Positions 13,758 to 31,829 of a DNA stretch of 64,000 nt are shown piece after piece. The stretch is from the NCBI GenBank assembly GCA_033442325.1, contig JAWQFM010000031.1, forward strand, positions 593,497 through 657,496. The letters run 5' to 3'. Below the pieces are notes generated by a model. That model saw only the letters and a program-made list of their open reading frames with translations, was not told the DNA's origin and did not search any database. Within the stretch, counting starts at the first letter, position 1; the number at the start of each line of letters is the position of its first letter. The position numbers were made by a program, and so were the translations under genes. The stretch is from Salpingoeca rosetta (Eukaryota; Protista; Choanoflagellata).

Positions 13758-14071
13758 CGCAACTGTCTGTGAGATGTTTTGTGTGACACAGCATTTGTGA
13801 CAACCCTCCCAGCCAGAGACAGAGAGCCAGACAGCCCTAGCCAGTGTCTGTCTGCCGTTGCATTTTCCCCCGTTCATCATTCCCGAAGTTCCTGAGGTGC
13901 AGCCAGTGTTAGTGTTCTCCCATCCTCCCTCCCCCCCTCATCTCTACCTGCAGGCGAGCAAGCACAAGCAGACTCAGCTCTGCTTTACACCTTTTCATCT
14001 GTTTATCTCTCCGCCCTCCCTCCTCAACACCCCCACCAGTCGCAGTTGACCACTTGAAAGCTTGCTTGAGG

Positions 14072-17009
14072 ATGGACCGAAACCGCGGATTTGATGTGTT
14101 CATTTCAGCACATCGAGAGGCCATGGGTGAGGCTTTGGCGCTCAGGGACAGACTTCGGAACGTCCAGCTTCTCGGCGAACAACGGGGTGCTCCAACCGTG
14201 TTCTTGCGCGACGAACGCATGGGCGAAGAAATAATGGAAGGCGCACTCCGCAACTGTTCGCTCGTGGTGGTGCTCGCGTCCTCCAGCTATGGCACAGGAC
14301 AAGAGCAAGGTGACCTGCGATATGTGCTGAGCGAAGGCAAGCCGTTTCTCGCGGTCAAGCGGGACGACCAGCTCCAAGTGGAGTGGGTGCAGAACGCTCT
14401 CAACGGTACCAACTGGCTGTCGTGGTTTGAGGAACGCGAACAACAGCCGCAGCCGCAGCCGCAGCACCAGCGGTTTGCTCGCATCGAGGTTCGCTGGCAG
14501 ATATTGCGCCGCATTCGAGACACGCTTGAGGTTCGTGTGATTGTCATGGTGGTGTGTTGTGGTTTGTTGTTGCACAGTGCCTTTCTGTGTGCCTCAGTTC
14601 GCGCTGTCTTGGTCTTGCTGTTCTTGTTGTCCTAATCGTCGTCTGGTTGCAGGCAGTTTTGCACTGCGTGCTTGTGCCAGCCGAACGCACTCAACACACA
14701 ACTCTGTGACTTCCTGCGTGCTCTACTTGCTCGTGTTTCCCTTTGGATTTACGTGGACAGGCGCTGCAACAGCGAGCACCCGATGAAGAACACCCGCGTC
14801 AGCCCTGGCTCGCGAGGACAGTTCTTTTGGCGCTGGCTATCGTGATTCTTGGCCAAGCCATCTTCGGCGTGACCCAGCAATCGCTCCTGGGGCAAGTTGG
14901 TGAATCAGGTCACGGTTGGACCAACCTTCAGGTGTTTCAGCGCTTGGACGCGATTGAAAGGCGGCTGGAACACCTGGAATACGTTGACGAACGCCTCTCG
15001 GATGTTGAGGTCGCACTCATAGACATGGAAGAAGTCATGGACCGAGTGCGAAAATTGGAGAAAGGCGCGCACGCGTGGATGGCTGTGGAAGACATGGAGC
15101 AGCGGATGCGTTCCCTTGAAGAGGGATTCCAAGATCAAACGCACCTGCGAGACATGGTGCACCGTGTGAATGCACTTGAAGGACAGATGCGCGCTTGCAC
15201 GGCTGTTCAAGACGTCGAGAAGCGAGTGCGCAAATTAGAGAAACAAATGAAGTCGCGTTCAACCGTCGACTGTGACACGCAGGATACAGACGAGGATGTT
15301 GTCGGACAACTCGTCACCCTCGAAGTGCAAATGGCGACACTCGAAGACCGCACCAGCACGCTGGAAGAACACGATGAAGCTCTTGCCTCACTTCGAGAAC
15401 AGCTTCATGGATGCGAACAGCTGGGCGACGTGGTTGCAGATCAGGCCGGAACTTGCTACTTTGACAGTGGCTCATGCCCGCCGCTGAATGTTGAGCCAGA
15501 CGTGATTGTCGAATATCCACACGGCGAACAAGTGTCAACAGCCCTCTGGGGGTGGGAAGTGATGGTTTGGCACCCTTCTGGAGGTGCTGTTGCTGCGGCT
15601 CTACAATCTCCCGGCATTGTGCTTCGTTTCCATTGTTCCAGGGACCACTACGTGTCAGGCCATATCTCAACTACATGTACGTGATTTAGAGTGGTGGGGT
15701 GAAACCTGTCGTGTTGGCTCTACATGCTGGGTGGCAGGGTTGAGTGCGTACATCGCGTGTCTCTGATTGTCACTCACGCTGCGCTGTTTTTCATGTAGGT
15801 CTGCGCTCTCTGCAGTGGAGTCACCAACCACCAAAATGTATTCCGCTGACAAACTGCCGTCCCTCTGAATACGTGGAGGCGCCAGCTTCAGAATCAACTG
15901 ATCGCATTTGCGCCACGTGCCCGCCGGGTACATTCAGTGACTCAGAAAACGCCGCCAAATGCTCAGTGGTCCGCAGATGTAGCCCTGGTGAATACATGTT
16001 ACGCGAGGCAACCCCCACGTCAAATCGTGAATGCAAGCAGTGCACAACCCGAGCAGAAACAATTACACGCCCACTGGGCACTAAGCCTGAAACTGACGTG
16101 GATGACTGGGCTGACCTTGTTCTTGCTGCCAACGGAGTGTTTTACGGTATTCCGGCGCACGCAACATCCGTACTCGCCTACAACCCAAACGGCACAGTTC
16201 ATGCCGAAATTGACGTGAGTTTCTATGGCGATAGTTGGAAGTGGAGTGCAGGCGTTCTTGCTGATGGCCTCATCTTTGGCATTCCGTACGACGCTGCGGC
16301 GGTTCTGGTCATCCACCCAAGCAGTGATAGCATTAGTGACATCAGCGTTGAATGCGGAAGGACGGCGTGTTGGAAAGGTGGCGCACTCGCCGGCAATGGC
16401 AAAATTTATGCTACGCCTCACCATGCGGATGAAGTCCTGATCATTGATCCGGTTGCCCTGACTGTGGATACCACAACTATCATCGGTCTTGGTCTTGGGT
16501 GGAAATGGGCTGGTGCTACGCTGGCACAGGATGGCCGAATTTACTGCGCACCCTTTGATCGTGGCAGTTTGCTCGTGATTGACCCGACGACTAACACAGC
16601 CGAAGAATGGGGTGTCATGGTCCTCGACACAAACGCAGCAGCATTCAGTGACATAATCACTGCGGCAAACGGATTGTTGTTCGCGATTCCTTTCAACGCG
16701 CGGTTTGTTGCTGTCGCTGATCCAAAGACAAGGGATTTCGCGGGCATATCTGGACTGTCATGGGACGGATCGAAATGGGGTGCGGCGAGGCTTGATCGGT
16801 TTGGGCGCATCGTTGCAATGCCATACCGAGCCAACAGCGTGCTCCTCATCGATCCTGACACCGGGACAATTGCATACAATTCCACAACAACGAATGGCTG
16901 CCTAGGTGCTGCCACGACTCGCGATGGTATTGTTCACTGCATCCCAAATCACACGCAGGATGCAATGCTGTTGGTTGACTACCCATGCGACTCAAGGAAG
17001 AAGCCATAA
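14072..17009 (+). CDS. Type II membrane protein: TIR-like domain, TM, coiled coil, Sushi/CCP, TNFR-like Cys repeats, beta-propeller repeats
   Basis: Exons 14072-14530, 14761-15676 and 15799-17009 join in frame. TIR motifs: FDVFISAH...ALRNCSLVVVLASSSYG...DLRYVLSEGKPFLAVK. Hydrophobic segment TVLLALAIVILGQAIFGV. Heptad stalk (RLDAIERRLEHLE, RVRKLEK, RVNALEG). Sushi: CPPL...LRFHCSRDHYVSGHISTTCLRSLQWSHQPPKC, completed across intron 2. TNFR-like: C..SEYVEAPASESTDRICATCPPGTFSDSENAAKC...TPTSNRECKQC. Six to seven blades of W.GG.LA.NGKIY.IP.....VL.IDP. Confidence 0.85.
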
Positions 17010-17269
17010 ACAAAGGAAGATATAAGAAGTGCGCCTGGGCACTAAGTGCTCTTTCAGAATTGTTTGTGTCAGCGTTCCACTCATTTGCCCAAATCACCCA
17101 CGCATCCTTTGCTTGCGTCCGTTTGACAGTTATTCCTTTGTTTTACTTGCTCCATACCAACACAACGTAGCTGCCGTTCGCACCAGCACCCCATCAATAA
17201 ACCGTTCCCTTCCTTTCTCTAAGGTCAAATCAAACATGCACCCCATCAACCACCACCAATATGCAACAA

Positions 17270-18439
17270 TCACGGCATTGCGGAGTTTGTTCTGCGGACG
17301 GGCATGGCTGCGCCCTCCATCATCTCCACGCGTCGCTGCTCCTCCCGTGTCGACGGCATCCGTGTCGCCCCTGTCGAAGTCGCTGTTGCTGCTGATGACG
17401 ACGATGACGCGAGCAGGGCGGAGAGCACATATGGGCGGACGGAGGATGTGCGTCCCTGCAAGCTCTCCTCGCGCTCAGACTGCCGACAGCTGTCGAAGCG
17501 GCACAGGTGCTCAATCTCCTTGTCCACCACGTGCGGCGTGTAGTTGAGGTGATGGCGGTGGTCGTGACGGTCGTGGCGAGATGTGCTGCGGTGGCGGCTG
17601 CGGTGGCGGCTGCGGCTGCGACCACGCACTTCAGCACCAGCACCAGATGGTGCAGTGGTGGTCTGCGCATCATCATCGTTCCCCACGCTGTTCGCCTTGT
17701 TCATGGTATGGCTGTCATCATCACCCTCCTGCCCGTCCTCCTCTTCCCCCTTCTCCTCCCTCTGCATCAATGCCCTCTCCTTCTCGCGTTCCTCCAGCCG
17801 GTGCAGGTTGAAGTATTCCCGCACGTGCGCCAGCGCAGCGTCGGGCGCGTCCTTCTTGCGGATAAACGTCATCAGGTACCCTTGCAGCTGTTGTGTGTGT
17901 GTGTGAGTGAGTGAGTGAGGTGTGTGTGTGTGTGTGATGTGAGTGTGTGTGATGTGGGTGTGTGTGTGAGTATGTGATGTGAGTGTGCGTGTATTCGGGG
18001 AAGGGTTGCATTGTGATGTTGTTGCGCGAGTGTGGACACACAAACTACACCACTGACACCACGGACACACCTCATCATCACACGATCACAATCACCACAC
18101 CACCACGACTGACCTGGGCCACGCTGAAGGTGTCGTTGTCTGGGAAGTTGTCTGCGAATGCGGTGGCGTCCTTCAGCAGCAAATCACGATCAACGTCATC
18201 ACCACCAGCACCACTACTGCTGCCACCACGCGCGTATTTGGGGTCGTCCTCGAAGAAGCGGGCAAACAGGCCGATAATCTGTTGCCTGCAGGCATGGAAG
18301 AAGCCAAACTCGCGGTCAATGCGGCCGGGCCGGATCAACGCCGGGTCGAGGCGCTCCCTGCGGACATGTGGTGGTGGGGGAGGGGAGTGAGTGATGTGAC
18401 GGTTGTGTGGTTGAAAGGGTGGGCAGCAAGCACCCAAAT

Positions 18440-18516
<77 letters not shown>

Positions 18517-18711
18517 GCACACCTGTGGTTTGTGGTCATGAAGACGATCCTGCCCTCCTGCGCCGCCACGCCGTCAAGAGCATTCAGCAGCCCGTTGAAC
18601 GTCACCTGGAACGGCGTGCGTGGTTGGTGGTTAGTGGGAATGGTTGAAGCGGATGCGGGTAAGTACAAGGCATACAGGACGACAGCACGGTGAGAGAGGC
18701 ATTGAAGCTGT

Positions 18712-18749
<38 letters not shown>

Positions 18750-19799
18750 CCACACAACATACACCCACACAACACACACACACACACACACACAACATAC
18801 ACCCACACAACACACACACACACACACACACACACACCTTCTGCAGAGGCTTGCGGTAGACGGGCTTGTTCTCATCATCATCTCCGCCACTGCTAGTGCT
18901 GGTCCCACCCTTTGTCACCTGCTCCTCCTCATCGTCATCATCGTCACTGCTCTCATCATCACCCTGACTCTTCTTGTCATCCCCCTTCTTGTCCTTCTTC
19001 TTCTTCTTCGTCATATCCACACCATCCTCCTCCTCCTCCTCCTCATCATCGCCATCATCGCCATCATCATCATCACCACCCTTCTTCCCATCACCATCAT
19101 CACCAGTCTGCTGCTGCTGCTGTTTGCGCTTTGACTGCTTGAGTGGCCCGAATGCGGTGTCGATTTCCTCAAACAGGAGGATGGAGGGCGATGGCGCGGA
19201 GTTGAGCATGTAGATGAGGTGCGAATCGTCCATGTCCTCGTCCTGCAGGTTCACCGTGCACACGGGCAGGTCTGTGGCCGTGGTGGTGGTGGTGGTGGTG
19301 AGGAGGTTGGACAGGGGGGGGGGAGATGCGTATGAATGAGAAGTAAGAACGAATGCGAAAACGAAAAGCAGTGACGTGTGGTGAGTAAGCTGGCAACGAA
19401 ACACACACACACAGACACACACACACACACAGACACAGACAGACACAGACACAGACACAGACATATACACACAGACACACACACACACAGACACAAATAA
19501 TTGACGCACTGAATTTGCCAGCGAGGGCGAAGATGAGGCTGCTCTTGCCTGATCCCGGTTTACCGTACAGCAGGTACCCGCGGCGATGGGGCAGCCCTGC
19601 ACCAGGCGAGGTGGACATGTGTGTGGGGGTGTGTGGGGGTGTCGTGAGGGGTTGGTTTGTGCAACGAGGAGGGGGATTACCGTGTGGCATATCTATCCAG
19701 AGTACAAGGAGAATAAATTGAGTGATGTGATGAGACTTGATCGCATGTCACACACACTGACAGAGAGACAGACACAGACGGAGAGACAGACAGACACAG

Positions 19800-19868
<69 letters not shown>

Positions 19869-20785
19869 TAGATGCACACGCACACAACCGTGATCAACGC
19901 ACCCTTTGACTGGTACCACTGTGCGGCGTTGAGCCACCAGTCCATGTCGCCAACAATGTCCTCCACCACCTCATGCGGGTGGTGCACGCTCTCCAGGGGC
20001 CGCTTCTGCAGAAGGGGAGGTCACGTGGTCAGCATGGGGCACCCACTTGCTGTTTGTTGCTCGACACACACACACACACACACAGACACAGACACAGACA
20101 CACACACACAGACGCACGCACCATGCGGTCTGAGAATTTCTCCCAAGAATAGGTGTTGTAGTAGATGGACGTGCACTTCTGCTGGTTCTGGCAAAACTCA
20201 TCCCTACAGTGGCATTGTTGCACGTGCAGACATGATGGCATTGTGAGGGATTGTATACATGAGCGTGCACACACACACACAGACACAGATACACACACAC
20301 ACACAACCCCCCCCCACACACACACACACATACACAACACACGTCGCACCTTGCCCTGTAGAGCAGCTCTGCGATGATTGCCTTTGCGTGCTTGTCGTCC
20401 ATCACCGCCTGCTGCTCGCGCGCGTGTGATCCGGGCGACCACAGCCGCCACGAGGGATTCAGCACCGTGATCTGCAGAGGACATGATGTTGGTGGCGTAC
20501 GGTGGGGTGGCGTGGGTGACGTGGGTAAGTGCACGCATGTATGGCGTGGGTGTGCCGTGCACAAAGCTGACTCATGGTGTGAACACCAATAACACGCCAT
20601 GTTCGGACGCATGCACGTGTGCAAGACACTGTTTGATGGTCCGCTATGGCCCGCGCACACGTACCTCATACTTCTCCTTGTCGCGGGAGTTTCGGTTGGA
20701 ATTGCGCTCCTCCACAACCCTGACACATGGCAAGCGCGTGGATGGGCGCTGTGAGCAGGTGCACGTGTGCATTTCCAGCAACCAA

Positions 20786-20833
<48 letters not shown>

Positions 20834-21871
20834 AGCGCACCGCTTGACGAAGAGGACGTGGGTTGTGCCGCTGGCGTCGACATATGGGACCTTCCTGGTG
20901 GCGCCAGCACTGGGACGGAACGTCACTGTCTTGAACCGGTCGTTGTCTCGCCCGCCATCCTGAACAATCCCACATGAGCGATCAAACATGAGTGTACATG
21001 TGAGTTGAGGGAAGAGCGTGGGACGCCCAAGTGTGAGGCATCATCCGATTCCCATCCACAGCACAGTGCAGTGTAACGTACCGCCTTTTCGATCACCTCC
21101 ACGTCCTTGTCGTTCTCCAGGATCTGCAGCAACGCACGCAATGCACGATGGAAGCAAGGTCGCAGCACAAGTCATGAGCGTACACATCAGTCCTCATTCA
21201 CAAAAACATGGCGCACCAGCAGCACACACCACAGCACCAGCACACAGCGCAATCCCTCCACCACCACCACCTCCACCACCACCACCACCACCTCCTCCAC
21301 TTACGATGGGCTGGCGCTCGAGCCAGTAGGCGAACCACTCCATGGACCGGGTGCCTTCCGGGATGGTGACGTGGGTGAACATGGACTCGTCAACGCGCCG
21401 GTACACGTGTCGCGTGACAAAGCCGATAATGGCCAGGGGCACCGAGGTGAGCAGCGCCACAATCGGGTAGAAGAGCGACGTGTGCAGCAGATCCTTGCCC
21501 ATCTTCTCCAGCGATCTGAGCGGCGACGACGACGAAGAGGAGGAGGAGGAGGAGGAGGAGGAGGAGGAGGAGGATTTCGCCGTTGAGTCTGCCGTTGAGT
21601 CGCTGTCGGCGGTGGTTGCGGTGTTTGCAGCGTTTGCGGGGTTACCGATCCCAGCGCTCTTCTCATCCTTGGCGTTGCTGCCGACACCATGCTCTGCAGT
21701 CTTGTCCTTTGTTGCAGACGGCGGTGCCTCAGCAACGTGGCACGCGTCCAGGCTGCAGCTGCCGCTTGGGCGCTGGCCGCTGCCGGTCGCAGGGCTGGCC
21801 ACGCTGGTTGTCGCCACAACCAGCAGCAGCAGAAGCACACCAGCGACTGCCAACCTACTGAACACCTTCAT
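17270..21871 (-). CDS. BCS1-like AAA+ ATPase with N-terminal signal peptide and TM anchor, multi-exon
   Basis: GLPHRRGYLLYGKPGSGKSSLIFALA (Walker A), SILLFEEIDTAF (Walker B), [45 protein letters not shown] and FSVAQ|LQGYLM are hallmark BCS1 motifs. The N-terminus is MKVFSRLAVAGVLLLLLVVATTSVAS, followed by TM LFYPIVALLTSVPLAIIGFV. Confidence 0.88.
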
Positions 21872-22466
21872 GGTTGCTGGGGATGGTGATCGGGCTGTGG
21901 CGACGATGAATGAATGAACAAGGGAGTGAGAACTTGTGTGACAACCACACACTGCTGCCTTGTGCACTGTCACACAAACAGGTTACAGGCTGCGATTTCT
22001 GCTGACTCAGCGAATGCCGATTTTTCAGTGAAAATTTCAACAACTTTTCTACAATTCGGGCAAACTGCCTGCTGCCTCCCTCCCTCCAGCCAGTCACAGA
22101 AGCCACAAACCCACACCTTTCCTCCCTGCCTCCAGCAGCAGCCAGCGACTGTCCTTCATTGTTGTTGTGGTTTGTGTTGTGTGGGTTGTGACGACGCTTT
22201 TGCTTCCACTGTACCCCTCCCCTGCCCCTGCACACCAACAGAAATGAGCGTGAGTAAGCAGAACCAAACGTGCGGCCTGTTTGGATTTGCTGTTGTTTTG
22301 GTCGCCATCACTCGCACGCATGGTCACGCCTGCGTTAATCAATGGCATTATTACTCATCATCTCATCATCACCAACGCTGCTTCGCCATCCATCCCTCCT
22401 CATCGCCGCACACTCGGCTGACCACAGCAAAAAGGAAAAGGCAGCGCAGCCAAGCCGGGCGCTGCC

Positions 22467-27715
<5,249 letters not shown>

Positions 27716-27845
27716 GTGACCAACACGATCAAGGAAGGTGGTGGTGGTGGGGTGGAGGAGTAGGTTGTGGTGGTGGTGGTGATGGAATGGGGGTGGTGGA
27801 GGGGTTTTTGTTTGATGATTGCGTTTGTGGGGATAGCGACAAGAG

Positions 27846-27934
<89 letters not shown>

Positions 27935-28034
27935 NNNNNNNNNNNNNNNNNNNNNNNNNNNNNNNNNNNNNNNNNNNNNNNNNNNNNNNNNNNNNNNNNN
28001 NNNNNNNNNNNNNNNNNNNNNNNNNNNNNNNNNN
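27935..28034. other. Assembly gap
   Basis: 100 N; probably hides the VPS35 3' exon(s). Confidence 0.99.
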
Positions 28035-28054
28035 TACCGACCTCCGTTCGGTTC

Positions 28055-28089
<35 letters not shown>

Positions 28090-28422
28090 TCCCTCTCTGC
28101 CTTGGGTGCTTGTGTTGTCATTAATTGGTTGTGTTACATGTGGAGCAACACCCGGCGTTTGTTCTTCGGGATGCACCTGTCATTGTGTTGCGTTGAGTAG
28201 CGTCTCTCGTCGTCGTCGTCGTTGGTTTTTGTTGATGTTGGTTTTGTAGGTGTTGTCCTTTCCCCTTTGATTGGAGGATGTTTAGCAGCTTGTGTGAGAG
28301 GTTGTCGCTGTGGTCGTTGTCCTTTTCGCTCGCACATGTGTTGATCTTGGAATGCACAACGGTCAAAACAGACAGAGATAACACGCGGCTACATGATGGG
28401 GGAGGGGGTGTGGGGCAGACAA

Positions 28423-28457
<35 letters not shown>

Positions 28458-28743
28458 TTCTTCAGTTGCACGACCTCACAAAGCCAGTTGAGTGGGATGT
28501 GTAATGGTGTTGGGCAATATGGGCGTCAGAAGGAGAGCGTGAAAAGGGGAAGGAAGGGCTTTGGTGGCAGAAAACAAGTGCACAAGTGCACGGGTCTGAA
28601 GGAAGCGGGGGAGGGGGGTGAACGCAGGCATGGACAAACTTTGCCCACAAAGACAGACATAGACAGATAGACAGACAGACACACACACACACACAGACAG
28701 ACAGACAGACACACACACACACACATCAGACAAAACAAGTTGA

Positions 28744-29613
28744 TTATTCTGGGGCAGGAGCCGCCGTATGGGCGTGCGCATGGTCTTCAAATCCAAACTC
28801 GAGCATGTGCGAATCGAACGTTGCCTGCAAGCACCCACAGTCGGGTGTGAAGCCCAGCACACGAAGGACACGTGAACAACAGGGAGAAAAGCCCCAACTC
28901 TCTCGCCCCCCTCCCCCCCCCCACACACACATGCAACACATACCAACCTGGTCAATGACGATGGTGGCGTTGCTGGTGGTGGCGCGGAGCGTGTGCACAA
29001 CTTGCAGAAGCGAGCGAACGGGCATGCGTGCTGCTGCTGCAAAACGCACATGTGACAGATCGCAGTCAAGCGCGAGTGCGGTGGATCGAATGTCCGATGG
29101 TGTCAACGCTGGCACGCGCACCCTGGAGTGGAATGGAGTGATGGTTTGTGTGTGCGTGTGTGTGTGTATGTGTGCGCGTGGGTGTGTACGTGTGTGGGTG
29201 TGCGAGCAAGCAGAGGGAGAAAGCAGGTCAATGGAGCGGTGACAGTGTCGACATGCTGAGCTGCCATCGATTTCCACATTATTCAATCCATCCATCCAAC
29301 ATTCAATCAATCAAACCATCAATCAATCACATCCGTCAATCCATTGCCACATACGTGGTGTCAAAGGTCTGCTGGAACTGCAGTGCATTGGATGCGAATG
29401 AGGTTTCCCGTGGATCGTGGCGTGTCGTTGCCAGCACGATCATCGAACTGAGCACGTGTGCATGTGGTGCGAGGGGCAATGGGCGCAGGGTGAAGGTGGA
29501 AGAAGAGGGTTGCGGTTGTATGAAGGGACGGAGGATACAGGTAGAGAAGTGTACATGCACATACGTCGTCTGTTCCGGTGACTCAGACAGACAGGGACAC
29601 AGACAGACAGAGG

Positions 29614-29685
<72 letters not shown>

Positions 29686-31701
29686 CACACGCAGACCTTG
29701 CTGGGCTGATGCTGGTGAGTGAGGTGAGCAGCGTGTGGACAACGGCGTGGGAGAAGCTGCCCTGCAAGTGATTCGTGGACACAATTTCGGCCAGTCGCTC
29801 AAGGTCATCGAGCACAACCACGGCGTGCTGGTGGCGACGGTGGCAGCATCGCGGGTGTTGGATGCAACGTCATGGAAATGAGGAGGCGTGTCAAGGCATC
29901 GAGTACACTCTGAATGAACGAGTGCACACAGACACACGCATAGACAGACAGACAGACCAGACAACAGACAGACAGACACACACACAGACACACACACACA
30001 CACGCATACACATACAGAGACACACCACCACCACTGTCAACAGCACAGCAAATCTCGGTGCACACCTTGGCCTTCTCGGCGTCGCGAAATGCGGCCGCAA
30101 TGCGCTGGCTCTTGTGCGCGTCTGTCAACTCAACCAAGTCGGATGCTCGAATCACCTGCAGGGCACGAGGACACGAGCGCAGGCGTTGATGTGGTCGTGT
30201 GTAGTTGTGTGTCGGTGTGATGTTGGCATCCCATGATAAGCTTCCAATGAAATTTCAAAAGCACAGGCAGAGGAACACTCGCTCTCATTCACACACTCAT
30301 TCACACACTCATTCACACACACACACACACACACACGCACTCATTCACACACACACGCACGCACGCACTCATTCACACACACACACACACACACGCGCGC
30401 GCGCACTCATTCACACACACACACACTCAAAACACACCTTGAGGTAGTCTGGGGAGCTGGCGAGGGCGGCGTGGACTGCGAGCGTCGTCTTTCCGGTCCC
30501 CGGTGGCCCAAACAGCAAAATGCGTCGCGCTGTGGCGCCTGGCAAACGCGCTTGGGTGATGGCTGAAACGCACAATTCGTGGGCATTCTCGTGCTGCAAG
30601 GACAGCGGGAGAAACCCATGCGGGAAGTAAAACGTGTTTACATTATCGAAATGATCTGTGTATGCCGGTTTCAGCTCACGAAGCGCCGTCATGAAGTCCT
30701 CCATGTTGATCTGTCAGGTGAGTGTGAGAGAGGGGGCGGGGCGGGTTTGTGCAGGTGTGGGAGTGAGTAGATGAGTGTGTGTGTGTGTATGTGAGTGAGT
30801 GCGTGGATGAGTGAGTGCACGTGCGTGAAAGCGTGCGTGTGTGTGCTTGCGAATATGCATGCAAACATACGCATGCAAGCAATGGAAGATAGGAATTGGA
30901 AAGCACGCGATCATCAACGTGTCACCACCTTCATGTTTGCCATGTCCTCTGTTGAGAAGGACGATGCGTCCAGTGTTCTGTCCATGACACGCGACACGGC
31001 TAGCGAGGCCGCGTTCCTGTCGTGGTGTGATGGTGATGGGATGGATGGGATGGGATGGGATGGACGAGTGGATGGATGGATGTGAGAGATGTGTGTGTGT
31101 GCGTATGCGTGCGTATGCGTTCCAGAGCAGCCATTAATCAACGATACAGCACGAAAAACGGATTTATGCGCAACGACATGCAAACACACGATGACACCCT
31201 CACACACAATCGAATCTTTGCTCGCACGCATGCACGCAACTTGACCCTTCGAACCATGTCCACATCACGTGCTCACCTGACGATGCCTGCAAGCTCGGCG
31301 CCGCTGTAACGCGATGTGCGCCGCGCAATCTCTGGTGCATTGTTAGCGATGATGACGATGAGGGTAAGATGATGATGATGATATGGGATGAGATGATGTT
31401 GGCCGTAGTGGCAAAGGAGCAGGCGTTGGTGTGCTGCTTGTCGAGATTACATTACTCACACACCAAACGCCCACACGACCACACGACCACATCCACTCAC
31501 ACACACACACACACTCACACACTCACTCACTCCCCCCCCATACACACACTCACTTACCGTCCAAATCAACACCATCGTCCAGCAGCGAATTTTCTTTCAT
31601 CTCCTCTGTGTGAATGCGAAGAATTGCGCTCCGCCCGTCAAAATCAGGCAACCCAATCTCAACCTGAACCTCAAACCTGTGGATGCGATGTGTGTATGCG
31701 C

Positions 31702-31747
<46 letters not shown>

Positions 31748-31762
31748 ATGTGTGTGCGTGTG

Positions 31763-31829
<67 letters not shown>

